64,000 nucleotides of DNA. Source: Paraspadella gotoi. Taxonomy: Eukaryota > Animalia > Chaetognatha. Location: contig CM119265.1 of assembly GCA_051294375.1 (NCBI GenBank), positions 6,036,227 to 6,100,226 of the forward strand, read 5' to 3'. Position 1 is the stretch's first letter. Every line of letters starts with the position of its first letter. The position numbers were made by a program, and so were the translations under genes. Shown piece after piece: positions 53,243 through 63,288 of this stretch. The notes under the pieces were generated by a model. That model was not told the DNA's origin. It ran no database searches and saw only the letters and a list, made by a program, of their open reading frames with translations.

Positions 53243-53935
53243 ATGGCGACCTTAGGATTGCCGGTTCCCGAAGCCAACGTTCTTTCTACTGAGCCTGAGG
53301 CGTCCATCTCGATGGACGGGTCTCCCTTCTACAAGGGCCGCCTCGTTGTCGCGGAAAGTCGTCTCATCTTTGTCGTCCCCCCCGGCGAGACTCTCTCCGT
53401 CGACTACAACAACATTTGCCTTCATGCCGTCGAATCCGCCAATGAGACATTCTCCAAGTGTATTTTTCTTCTTCTCAATTCGAACCATGGCGAGACCGAG
53501 GAAGAAGATGATACAGAGGAAGAGGATGAGGCGGAAAACCCACTCGAGAAAATTATTAAAGATAAATCTTCCGAGTCTTCGCCTCACCATGGATTGCGCG
53601 AGAATGTCACGTCGATTCGTATTCTCGTGCCGGAATCCCACTTGATTAAGATTTACGCCGACATCACCGATTGTGCGGTTTGGCACAACCAGGAAGACGA
53701 TGTCAGCGATGAAGAAGAAGACGAGGAACAAGACGAATTCGATTCTGAGGAAAACGAGGATGAATTGGGCGAGAGCGAAGATTCGATGGAATTAGGTCAC
53801 GTGAACGTCGCAATGTCCAACTCTTTTCCCGCCGACGAAGACATGACTTCGAGCGGAAGGCGAATCCTGCGTCATCTCGAGTCCATCATGGTTCGCGCCG
53901 AAAGTAATTTGCCCGACCTTGGACTGCAACACTGA
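53243..53935 (+). CDS. CLNS1A: Methylosome subunit pICln-like, intronless
   Basis: GRLVVAESRLIF, SVDYNNICLHAV, IRILVP, IYADITDCAVWH, acidic tracts, MTSSGRRILRHLESIM. Confidence 0.8.
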   Translation: MATLGLPVPEANVLSTEPEASISMDGSPFYKGRLVVAESRLIFVVPPGETLSVDYNNICLHAVESANETFSKCIFLLLNSNHGETEEEDDTEEEDEAENPLEKIIKDKSSESSPHHGLRENVTSIRILVPESHLIKIYADITDCAVWHNQEDDVSDEEEDEEQDEFDSEENEDELGESEDSMELGHVNVAMSNSFPADEDMTSSGRRILRHLESIMVRAESNLPDLGLQH

Positions 53936-54030
53936 TCAAGTTGCACCAACAAGGATCTTTATTTTATTCCGTTTTATCTTTGGATTAAATATTACTGCTT
54001 TTAATTTTTAAAAATTACACAAGAGAACTA

Positions 54031-54744
54031 CAGGGGTGGAACTCTATATCTAGACAAAACTTAACGTTCTGCCCAGTCTGAACGATTTGAGATACAATAA
54101 TAAAATGAGTGGCAAAAGTTTTTTCTGTTATATACATGGAAACCAAATAAATTTTTAAGCTATGACAGTATTATATCTTATCTTCAATTCACCTGATTTT
54201 AAACTTTTCTTCACTATCCAAATTAAACCTATTTAATTGTTTTCAGGTAAGTAAAACAAAATTTTAGGAAGATTTCTTACCGTTTTGACCCTTTTATGAT
54301 GCATTCAGAAATCTTATATGATTAATTTAATTATCTGACAATATCGTTAATAATTTCTTAAATTAAATTAAGTTTTAATAAAAATTAAACTATAACAGTA
54401 ACTTACCCGAACCTTACATGCTTACTTCAATTTTTTTTAAACCAAAATGCAATGTACACCTTGCTAGAAGCATTTTATACTACAAAGAAGTACTTTCATA
54501 AATATTTTTAACTCTTATGTCTTAGAATGAGATTAAACAATAAGCATTCAAACATTTTTTTTCCAAACCGCGCTGTTGCCTTTGCTGCTTTAAAAAAAGC
54601 ATATCAGAGAATTTCAAAAGAATTAATATATCGTCTAAAAGCTAAGAAATATAATACGAATATTTATTCGGATTTTAAGAATGAATAAGTATTTTACTGT
54701 AATGATTTTTTAAGATTTTGTCTAGATATATGGACCCACCCCTG
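54031..54744. mobile_element. Tc1/mariner-type MITE with TA duplication
   Basis: TA|CAGGGGTGGAACTCTATATCTAGACAAAACTTAA ... TTAAGATTTTGTCTAGATATATGGACCCACCCCTG|TA. Confidence 0.88.
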
Positions 54745-54781
54745 TATATCTATCTGTTCCTCTTTACTTTCTTTTACAGCC

Positions 54782-56272
54782 ATGGGGATCAAAGGATTAT
54801 GGCCCCTTTTAAAATCGGCAGGTCGACCAGTTCAACTCTCGGACCTCAGCGGTCTGATTTTGGGTGTTGACGCTCCCGTCTGGGTTTTGCAAGCGAAGCG
54901 AAACTTTCATCCTGTTTTGCGCCTGTTTATTTGGCGCATTTCTAAGTTGCTCAGAGTCGGGGCTCGTGTCGTCGTCGTTTTCGACGGACGAAAACCAGAT
55001 TTGAAATCGGAAACGATCGAAACGCGAATGTTAAATGCGCGACGTTACTATTCCATCAAGCCGAAAAGCATTCGTCCCGATCTCAAAGACGATGCTTTGT
55101 CGAAGACGAGTTTAAACTTGATGAGACTCTTGGATAGCATGGGCATACCCTGGTTGCGAAGCGAGGGCGAGAGCGAAGCCTGTCTCGCCAAAATGAACGC
55201 GAGCGGAGTTGTGGACGTCGTCCTCACCGGTTTTTTTTTTTTTTTTTGTTTTGTTTTTTTTTTTTTTTTTTACATTCTAGAACAGAAGATTTTTTTTTCT
55301 CGAAGTTGGCCGTGGACGGAGGGGTGGGGGGGTGAGTGACAATCTTTAATAACTTATAGATAAAAAAAATAACGATCGTTGAAAATGAAATCGACATCTA
55401 TTGGCCAAGATATAACAGTTATATTAATGAGACTTAGAACGTAGTAACTTATGAAAAATTTCCTTAGTGAAAAAATCTCCTGTTTCTTTAATTAAAAAGA
55501 GGACATTGATGCCTTTCTTTTTGGCGCAAACCGGGTTTTACGAGGATTTACCGTCGACGAAAAAAAAAACCAAATGCTTTTATTTGACGCGTGCGATCTC
55601 AAAGCTCGTCTCTCTATCAATCGCAAAAAGCTCGTCGCTCTCGCTCTCTTAACTGGATGCGACTATCTGCCTCGCGGAGTGCCGGGGGTAGGGCTCTCGA
55701 GGGCATTTCGGTTCTTAAGCTCTTTATCGAATGACGTCGACTCTTTAGAACGGTTGCGCCAATGGAGATCGCTGACTACGACGGAGGAAGAGGCGCCCGT
55801 GGTGGAGCGTAGATCCGCTCGTTTGAGAATTGCTAATAAGCCGAAAAATAATTTTCGGCGATGGTCAGCGACTGACACTCAAACGCGATCCAATCTCGAG
55901 ATATCAATTGCCAAGTTGGCGTTGCTCGACCCTCGCTTCCCCGACGAAAACGTGATCGTCGCCTTTATGGGCGACAATCGCGGCGTGGAAAGTGAAACTG
56001 ATCTCGCGCGTCGCCCGGTTTGGCACGAACCCAATTTTGGTGCTTTTCTCGATATAGTGACGAAAAAACTGCGTTGGAGTGAGGTGGAAATTAGGCGAGT
56101 CTTCGCGCCTCTTCGTCTTAAGTGGAAAAAGGAAAATGGTGAAACTCGCGGAGGCTGGAGACGATGCGAAATTTGCGACGCCAGGCTATGGTTTTCTGAT
56201 TATAGGGAGCACGTTAAGGAGAAACATTTGTTGGATTGCGAGGTCGTTGTCGAAAAGAATATGACTATATGA
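54782..56272 (+). CDS. GEN1: XPG/Rad2-family nuclease, GEN1-like (2 exons), short, with C-terminal C2H2-like motif
   Basis: MGIKGLWPLL, LGVDAPVW, VVVFDG, EGESEACLA, spliced TEDIDAFLFGA, H2TH ALLTGCDYLPRGVPGVG, FPDENVI; intron 55230-55499. Confidence 0.85.
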
Positions 56273-56505
56273 GTATGACCTCAGAAGTATGAGTGTCTTT
56301 TGTTTTTCCAAGAGTTTTCCGACGGTGTTTTGTCATTATTAAGTTGAAGAAAAAAAACTGTCTGTTCATTTTGTCACCAAATGCGGATGTTAAGAATTAT
56401 ATAATTTCTCTAGAAAAAGTAATTTTAACCTTAAAGTTATTAGTATTATGAACATATAATAAAAATACAGTAGCATCCGTCAAGAATTTCTCAGAGGGCA
56501 AGCTC

Positions 56506-56692
56506 TATGAAATTGGTACAACCAATATAAAAATTATCCATTCATTTAATAAATAAGCTATCTTGCCCCTGACTTTGGACAGGCTTTGGTGGTTTAAGGC
56601 CTCCATCACTCTTACAAGATAATGACATAGCAGGTCCCTGCAAGCTTTCAATCAAGACTCTCTCACAGTCTCGTTTATTCACTCCCAGAGTA
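56506..56692. repeat. 187-bp interspersed repeat (copy 2)
   Basis: Matches 38428-38613 and begins at the inner edge of the left TIR of the 56468-58255 element. Confidence 0.95.
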
Positions 56693-57420
56693 CCTGGCTT
56701 CCCTATCAATGAAGTGGAAAATATTTCAAAGAATGTTTCAATTGTATGAAAAGACCACTCCCTTAAGTATTCTATAATATAGGAGTTAGTCTATAACTCC
56801 TATAGTTAGTTATTTGGGTGGGGTTTTTTGATAAATAAATAAATAAATAAATACTAGGGCGTAGAGATTCCTTAACCGTTAATAAAGGTGAAAAGAAAAG
56901 TTTAACTTTACCGTTATCTTTATTTTAACGGTTAAAATCGGTTAAATTGTATTTTTTCTTATTTTGATATTTTTGTAAAGAATATATTGTTTTCTTTAAC
57001 TTATTATGTTTTTAAATCAATTTTTCTTTAAGTGAAGCGCTCAAATCAGACTCGCGTTTTTTGGAATACGAATAAAAGTTTTTATATTTTTACTTAGTAA
57101 AAATGTCCAATGATTTGAAAAAAGACGGACGGCTTCTCTCCTGTCTGGAATCATTTTGAGAAAAAGGTTGTGAGAAAAAATTTGTCTAGTCAAATTTTTT
57201 TCGGAAAATTTTTGGGCTGAAATGAGTTGTGAATAAGGCGCTAATTTTTTATCATTATATAGTAATATTGTAATTTTAATAGCAACAATAAATCATTAAA
57301 ATCGAACTTTTTAAAAAAAATTATTTTTTTACCTAAAAGTAGACCTTGAAGACTAAAGTTTTGAACCCCCGCCCCTATTGAATTTTGGGCTGAAGATGAC
57401 TATCCATAACTTTTATAACC

Positions 57421-57596
57421 TCCTCTAGCAGCCATGGAACGGGTCCTGGGCTTGGAACCAGGCTTGAGGGTTTGCCACACCCCCAAGGCGGCTTACGGCC
57501 GTCCTCACGCTTCTCGCAGGTTAGGTACTGGGTTGGGATTGAACCCGGTACCTCGTGGTCATGAGCTGGTGGCTTTACTCAATGAGCCACCGGGTC
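57421..57596 (-). mobile_element. tRNA-derived SINE (head 57526-57596)
   Basis: Minus strand reads GACCCGG-TGGCTCATTGA (A box)...CTCATGA...GGTTCAATCCC (B box). The acceptor stem does not pair, and a GC-rich body follows. The 3' limit is approximate. Confidence 0.7.
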
Positions 57597-58143
57597 ACAA
57601 CTGAAAGTGTCATGCTTATAGGCGGGGTGAGCCTAGGTAATGCCCGACTACAGTGTAAAAGAAAATAAATAATTTTAAGAAAAAACATAAAAAGGACTCC
57701 CCGGTTACTTGTATTCCAAAGCTGTAAAGTATCTGTTGAATATATTGTTAAATCTTTAAGCCAAACATCAAAGAAATGGGACGCGGGTATTGGAGAAAGC
57801 CTCTTTAATACCACCAATTTTAAAAAATGAAAGAATTAAAAAGCTTTCTTCTTAAGAAAAACAACTTTAAAACGCCTCATAATGACACGAAGAGGAGAGA
57901 TGAAGTTTAAGAGAGAAACAGTCACCTCATTAGAATCTTTTTTAATTTAAGAATCGTGCAAACGCTTCTCTCATTAACATGAAAAAATACAATTTAAGTT
58001 TTAAAATTGATATTTCTACTTAAATAATTGCTGATTTTTTTTTTTTAAGTAAATGCCATTTTTGAAGCGGGGAACAAACTAGTTATGTTCCGGTGTTCTT
58101 TTAATTCATTATTACTTTTAAAATAGATTTTTAAAAGTATATA

Positions 58144-58187
58144 TATATATATATGTGGGATTTGATCAAATCCCACATATATATATA
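58144..58187. repeat. Perfect 44-bp palindrome
   Basis: TATATATATATGTGGGATTTGA|TCAAATCCCACATATATATATA. Confidence 0.95.
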
Positions 58188-58405
58188 AATACCCAATTTA
58201 CCCATACTTTTCGATTAGAGCTTGCTGTCTCAGAAATTCCTGACGGATGCTAATGTACATTAGTAGATGTAACATATTAGTGCAGAAATTTCAATAAAAA
58301 TACTTTTTGACCTGCTCGATCGGGTTTTTTTTTTCCACGTTTTATTTTTAAATGTTATTGAATTATTAAAAGGTGCAGTTCATTTTTATTCTTAAACGTT
58401 GCGAT

Positions 58406-59536
58406 ATGTTTTCTGTTGTATCTGTGCTCCGCCAAACTCGACATTGTCGCTTTTGCCGATTGTCTCTCCGTCCGACTTCCGCCGTCCCGACTACGGTCCA
58501 CTCGCGTTCTGCCTCTGTCGAAGTCATCGACTCAATAACCGTCATCCCCGGCGACGGAGCCCACCCGGAAATCATCGATCATTGCAAGAACATCCTTCGC
58601 CACATGAAGATCCCAGTCAAGATAGAAGAGTTCAAGTTTTCTTATCAGCAGAATAAGAGGAACGAAAACGACGATGTTAAGGCTATCCATCAATCCATTA
58701 GAAAGAACAAGATCTCACTCGTCGGCCACATTAGTCCTCCACCGGTTGACTATCAGGGCGAGAGCTTACACCTCATAAACGTCTTCAACCTTTTTGCCAA
58801 TGTGACCTGGATCAAAAGTCTTCCTGGCATTGAGTACAAGCACGGAGAAGTTGACTTTGTCATCGTCAGAGAGCAATTAGAGGGAGAGTACAAGAAGAAA
58901 GAGCATGCCGTTTGGTCCAAGGATTCCGGCACGGCTGTGGAGTCTCTCAAGGTGATCTCCCGGCAAAACTCGGAGCGCATCGCCCGGTTCGCCTTCGATT
59001 ACGCCACAAAATGGGGACGCAGCAAAGTTACTGCCATCCACAAGGCCAATATAATGAAACAGGGGGACGGTATGTTCCTGCACACCTGCCAGAGAGTAGC
59101 CAAGCTGTATCCGGACATCGAGTTTTCCGATATGATCATTGACAACGCGTCCATGCAGATGGTGTCCAACCCTCAGCAGTTCGACGTAATCGTCACCACA
59201 AATTTGTATGGAAACATCCTGGAGAATCTTGGTGCCGGCCTCATCGGTGGAGTAGGCGTGGTTGCCGGCGAAGATTGGAGTCACGAAGAGATCATGTACG
59301 GAATGGGGGCGCGGCATCCCTATTGGAAAGCCGCGGGAAAAGATATCGCCAATCCGACTTTTATGCTGCTGTCGACCTCGAACATGCTTAGAAAGCTCTA
59401 CTTTTACGACGAATCCGCCGCCTTGAGAGAGGCCATTTATAACGTTTACAGGGAAGGAAAGACTTTGACGGAAGATTTTAAGGGGACCGCCACAGGAGCT
59501 CAGTTCCTGGAAGCCGTGAAAAAGCACTTGGGATAA
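58406..59536 (+). CDS. IDH3B: NAD-dependent isocitrate dehydrogenase regulatory subunit (beta-like), intronless, divergent
   Basis: R/S-rich transit-peptide-like N-terminus, IPGDG, IVREQLEGEY, RIARFAFDYATK, HKANIMK, MIIDN..MQ, NLYGNI, GARHP, IANPT. Confidence 0.85.
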   Translation: MFSVVSVLRQTRHCRFCRLSLRPTSAVPTTVHSRSASVEVIDSITVIPGDGAHPEIIDHCKNILRHMKIPVKIEEFKFSYQQNKRNENDDVKAIHQSIRKNKISLVGHISPPPVDYQGESLHLINVFNLFANVTWIKSLPGIEYKHGEVDFVIVREQLEGEYKKKEHAVWSKDSGTAVESLKVISRQNSERIARFAFDYATKWGRSKVTAIHKANIMKQGDGMFLHTCQRVAKLYPDIEFSDMIIDNASMQMVSNPQQFDVIVTTNLYGNILENLGAGLIGGVGVVAGEDWSHEEIMYGMGARHPYWKAAGKDIANPTFMLLSTSNMLRKLYFYDESAALREAIYNVYREGKTLTEDFKGTATGAQFLEAVKKHLG

Positions 59537-59941
59537 TTTTATTTTTGTATGCTGGGGACAACCATGTTATTTTCTTTTATTGATCAATCATATTTATTAA
59601 CTAGTACCTTTCTAACGAAAAACATTTCGGGACCTTTGGTTTGGATTGTATATGGCATTTCCTGCAAACCAAAGTTTTTTTCGAATTCGAGTAAAAATAT
59701 TAATGACACCAAATTTATTATAAATATCATCACATTTACATACAACGTTGGATTGTTGGCTCTTGAAATATGAAAATAAATATAATTCTAACTTATAGTA
59801 TGTTACTTAATTGTTTCGTCTGAATCATTTTTGCTATTATGAAATAAGACCAATTTTTTGAAATTTTTCACCCTTTAATCTGTGAAAATTTTACTATTAA
59901 TGTAACTGACCAAAATATTGCTCGACTTAGGTAAAAATGGG

Positions 59942-60511
59942 ATGGGGTCCAACGTGAATAGCGATGATTATTATGAAATTTTAGGCATCCAGAGGACTGC
60001 CACCCAGGACGAAATTAGAAAAGCTTACAGAAAATCCGCTTTGCAATGGCATCCCGACAAGAACCCCGGCAACGAGGAGAGAGCGCAAGCGGTTTTCAAA
60101 AAAATTTCCGAAGCTTACGAGGTTCTTTCAGACCCGGCTCGTAAACGTCAATACGATAATGCGGGAAAAAACCTGGCTAAGAAGCGGTCGCCGAGAAACC
60201 GGCCCAAATTTGGATTTGGAAATTTTCGTTTTCAGTTTCCAGATCCGTTCGAGGTTTTCCAAGACGTTTTTGTTTCTGGGGGCGACGTTAGGATTAATGT
60301 CTCCTCGGGAGGTGGGCGCGCTGCAGGGCGAAATTCTCAGTCGACTACTACAAAGGTTTTGAACGGTAAAGTTACAACTACGACTACCACACAAACCGGA
60401 ACCACGACGTCAAAAAAGACGACGACGATGCACAACGGTCACGTCGACGTCATCGTCGAGCGCAACGGGAGGGTCGTGTCGCACACGGTGGACGGAGTGG
60501 AGAAAATTTGA
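59942..60511 (+). CDS. DnaJ class B (DNAJB6-like) co-chaperone, no intron in CDS
   Basis: DYYEILG...[18 protein letters not shown]...[13 protein letters not shown]...YD, F-rich DPFEVF linker, [13 protein letters not shown] beta-rich C-terminus. Confidence 0.88.
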   Translation: MGSNVNSDDYYEILGIQRTATQDEIRKAYRKSALQWHPDKNPGNEERAQAVFKKISEAYEVLSDPARKRQYDNAGKNLAKKRSPRNRPKFGFGNFRFQFPDPFEVFQDVFVSGGDVRINVSSGGGRAAGRNSQSTTTKVLNGKVTTTTTTQTGTTTSKKTTTMHNGHVDVIVERNGRVVSHTVDGVEKI

Positions 60512-60647
60512 AGATATTTAGGCTTGTGTGTGTGGGATGGCGAGGGGTTGTTCCAGCGCTAGACAAAAAATAACTCATTAATCATACTGAGCATTTCAAT
60601 TTATGAAGATATACTGAGACGCCAGGAGCTACTAAAAATTATATATA

Positions 60648-61608
60648 CACGGATTTAAAATAGGAGTGAAATGAAAGGATCAAATACTGTGGATAAATTA
60701 GCCTGTTGCCTAACTATTAATAAGAATTTTTTTACAATGAGTTTAAAATTGAATTAACAAATAAGAGAGGAAAAATGTTGCAAGAAAAGCTGCTGGAAGG
60801 CAAGCGCACCAGTTGCTATGTCTGATGTAAAGTGTAAAGTGTAAATGTAACATGTAAAGTATTCTCAATTTGCTTTATAGTTGGGGTCGCCCCACTCAAT
60901 GGGGTGAGTCAAAAATTTAGAATGATTTTATGCTCAAACGAAAATTTATACATTTTGAAGTATACTTTCAATGGACAAAACATTTCTTATATGGCTCTAT
61001 ACCCAAATAATTAATTTTTTAATATTTATTTATAAATAGGAAAGGCCAAAATTTTTTTTTATAATTTTTAAATTTTAAGACTAGATTCAGATAGCTCATA
61101 AAAAGTTGTCTACACAAAGTATAATTCTTTTTTAAATATTTTTATGATAAGTGAGTCAAAAATAAGAAAAACCGTAAAAAATCATCATCATCTTTCGATG
61201 ATTTTATCATTTTTTTAATATTTTCACATAAAAAACGTAAGAATTTTTAAAAGCTGTAATTATATTTCTTGTTTAACTTTTTATGCTCTTGCAGAATCCA
61301 TCAAAAAATTTTAAGATTTCAAAAAAAAAAGTTTATAATGTAAAAAAAGACAAGTAATATTTAATGTATTAATCAAGATGTATAATGTAAATTTTTTTTG
61401 AAAATGATTGCTTAAATATTTAGTCAAGACAACTAAAAATACTTTGCTAATAGTCGAAATTTTATATTATCTCTGGAGTTGGTCCCTATTTATAGGAACA
61501 TAAACGTCAGGGACTTTTCAAACTAATGAAATAAACAAATATTAATCACAGTCAGTCAGTTAAGATTTATAACAACTCTTTTCATTTCAATCCCATTTGA
61601 AATCCGTG
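60648..61608. mobile_element. MITE family A, second copy (inverted relative to 6108-6708)
   Basis: TA|CACGGATTTAAAATAGGAGTGAAATG ... CATTTCAATCCCATTTGAAATCCGTG; the ~80 bp right end is the reverse complement of 6108-6185. Confidence 0.85.
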
Positions 61609-61750
61609 AAATGTAATAAGGTAATAATATTTACAATTATACTTACATGTAAACATTTAATAATGTATATATAAGTGCTAATATATCTTGCTCCTTTCTG
61701 AGTACCTTCCAGCTATCGCATTTAACACATCGAATCGATCAAAGTGCAAA

Positions 61751-63288
61751 ATGCCTCCCAAGAAGAAAAATGGATTTTACTGCTTCATGGAGGAGTTGTT
61801 GCGAGCCAAGCAATCTCGCGGGGAGAGCGTCACCATGGCACAGATGACGGGAATCGCCAGTCCTATCTGGAAGACGATGGGGCCCGATGAGAGGGCCAAG
61901 TACGTCGCTCTGGCTAAGGGCGGTGGAGCGGAAGACTTTTCGTCGGCTGCTCCGGTTGTCGACAGACGCAAGAATAACCAGCGTCAATTCATGGCCGACA
62001 AGGACGAAGAGATTCGTCAAAAGCACGATCTTTTCAAAAGTCGTGAGAACGAGATTAAGGCAATGACTTTATCCTGGCCCCCGGGTAACGCTCTCATTCA
62101 CGAGCGCTTCTACGTCATCAGCTTCGAGTACTTTGTCAAGACGCAGGAAAACGTTTACTTCCCCTGTGAAGTGGCTGCTGCGCAGTTTTCGCTGCGCGAG
62201 GGAATCGTCCGCTGCTTTCATTCCTTCATCGATCCAGGATCGGTGCCCCTTGGATACACTGGCGCGGAGAGGAGCCGTTCCGAAGAGCGTCATCATATTT
62301 GCCCGTTTGATCGCTTCTCGGATTCGGTGTTCAATTCAGAAGACCCAGACGACGTGGACAAATTGCGGAGAAATTACGCGAATCACGTCGACGTTTACTC
62401 GCGCCTTCTCCGCTTTTTTACTGACGAAGGAGGAAAACGAGAGCGAAATGTTTTCACTTTTTCCGAGGAGGTCGTCGTCGTCGAAGCCTGCTTGGATTGG
62501 CTCTACCAGAGGGCCCGGCCCGAGCTGGGGCTTCGGGAAAATGTGATGCCTCGGCCGCTGCGTCTCTCCGGCCTAGTGCAACAGATGTATAGTCACTCAA
62601 AATCCGAACTCGTCACAGAAGTTCCCGGCATCAACTCGATTCAACTCTTGCTGACTCAATCCGTATGGGACTACACGCCAAAGATTCGCTGCTTCTTTCA
62701 CGAAGAAAAGGACGTTAAGTTTTGCACGTTGGCTCAGGTCAAACGCTGGTGCTACGCAATCTTCGACGGCATGAAGACGGAAAGTCAATGGTATCGCTTC
62801 CAGTTGACAGCCAACCACGTGCCGCCCACAAGCAAGGACGTATTTACCGTCGTCGCTATGGCCGAGCCCGACAAATCCTTCGGCATCAGTCGATTCGAGG
62901 ATTTTGGCGCCGCCTCCGCTAACTTTTGTCGCACAGATCAGCGTCCAGAATATCGGGACACGAAGGTCGTGTACCAAGAAGGAAGTAAAGCTGAACAGAA
63001 CGAAGTGGAACCAGCAGACCCTTGGCCGTCCCTACGACAGGTGCCTATAGTGGTTTTAGAGCCATGGATTTCTAATTTTCCTTTTCTTTTCCTACTTACT
63101 TTTCATCTCAGAGCACAGAGCCAAAGTCTCCTCTATGGGTTAGCGGCGCTAATGGCGGCGTCCCTGCACCCACGAGACCTGCGTTCGGGCGAGGCGTTGG
63201 GAGAGGCTTGTATCAACCGCCGAACAAGCGCGAAGAAGACAAAGTTGCCAGACATGGCAGGGGCAGGGGAATTTACCCTGCCCCATAG
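61751..63288 (+). CDS. mael: Maelstrom (piRNA pathway; HMG box + MAEL domain), 2 exons
   Basis: HMG box KNGFYCFM...ASPIWKTMGPDERAKY; MAEL domain YFPCEVAAAQFSLREGI...FHSFIDPG...WDY...CFFHEE...FC (ECHC Zn ligands); intron 63041-63111; last exon carries GRG motifs. Confidence 0.92.

Larger units (their letters stand above)
56468..58255. mobile_element. 1.8-kb composite non-autonomous TIR element with TA duplication
   Basis: TA|CAGTAGCATCCGTCAAGAATTTCTCAGAGGGCAAGCTCTA ... TAGAGCTTGCTGTCTCAGAAATTCCTGACGGATGCTAATG|TA (40-bp imperfect TIR); no transposase ORF. Confidence 0.85.

Noticed and set aside
57526-57596. tRNA-Met(CAT) gene
   Set aside because: A and B boxes and a CAT loop are present, but the acceptor stem does not pair; treated as a SINE head.
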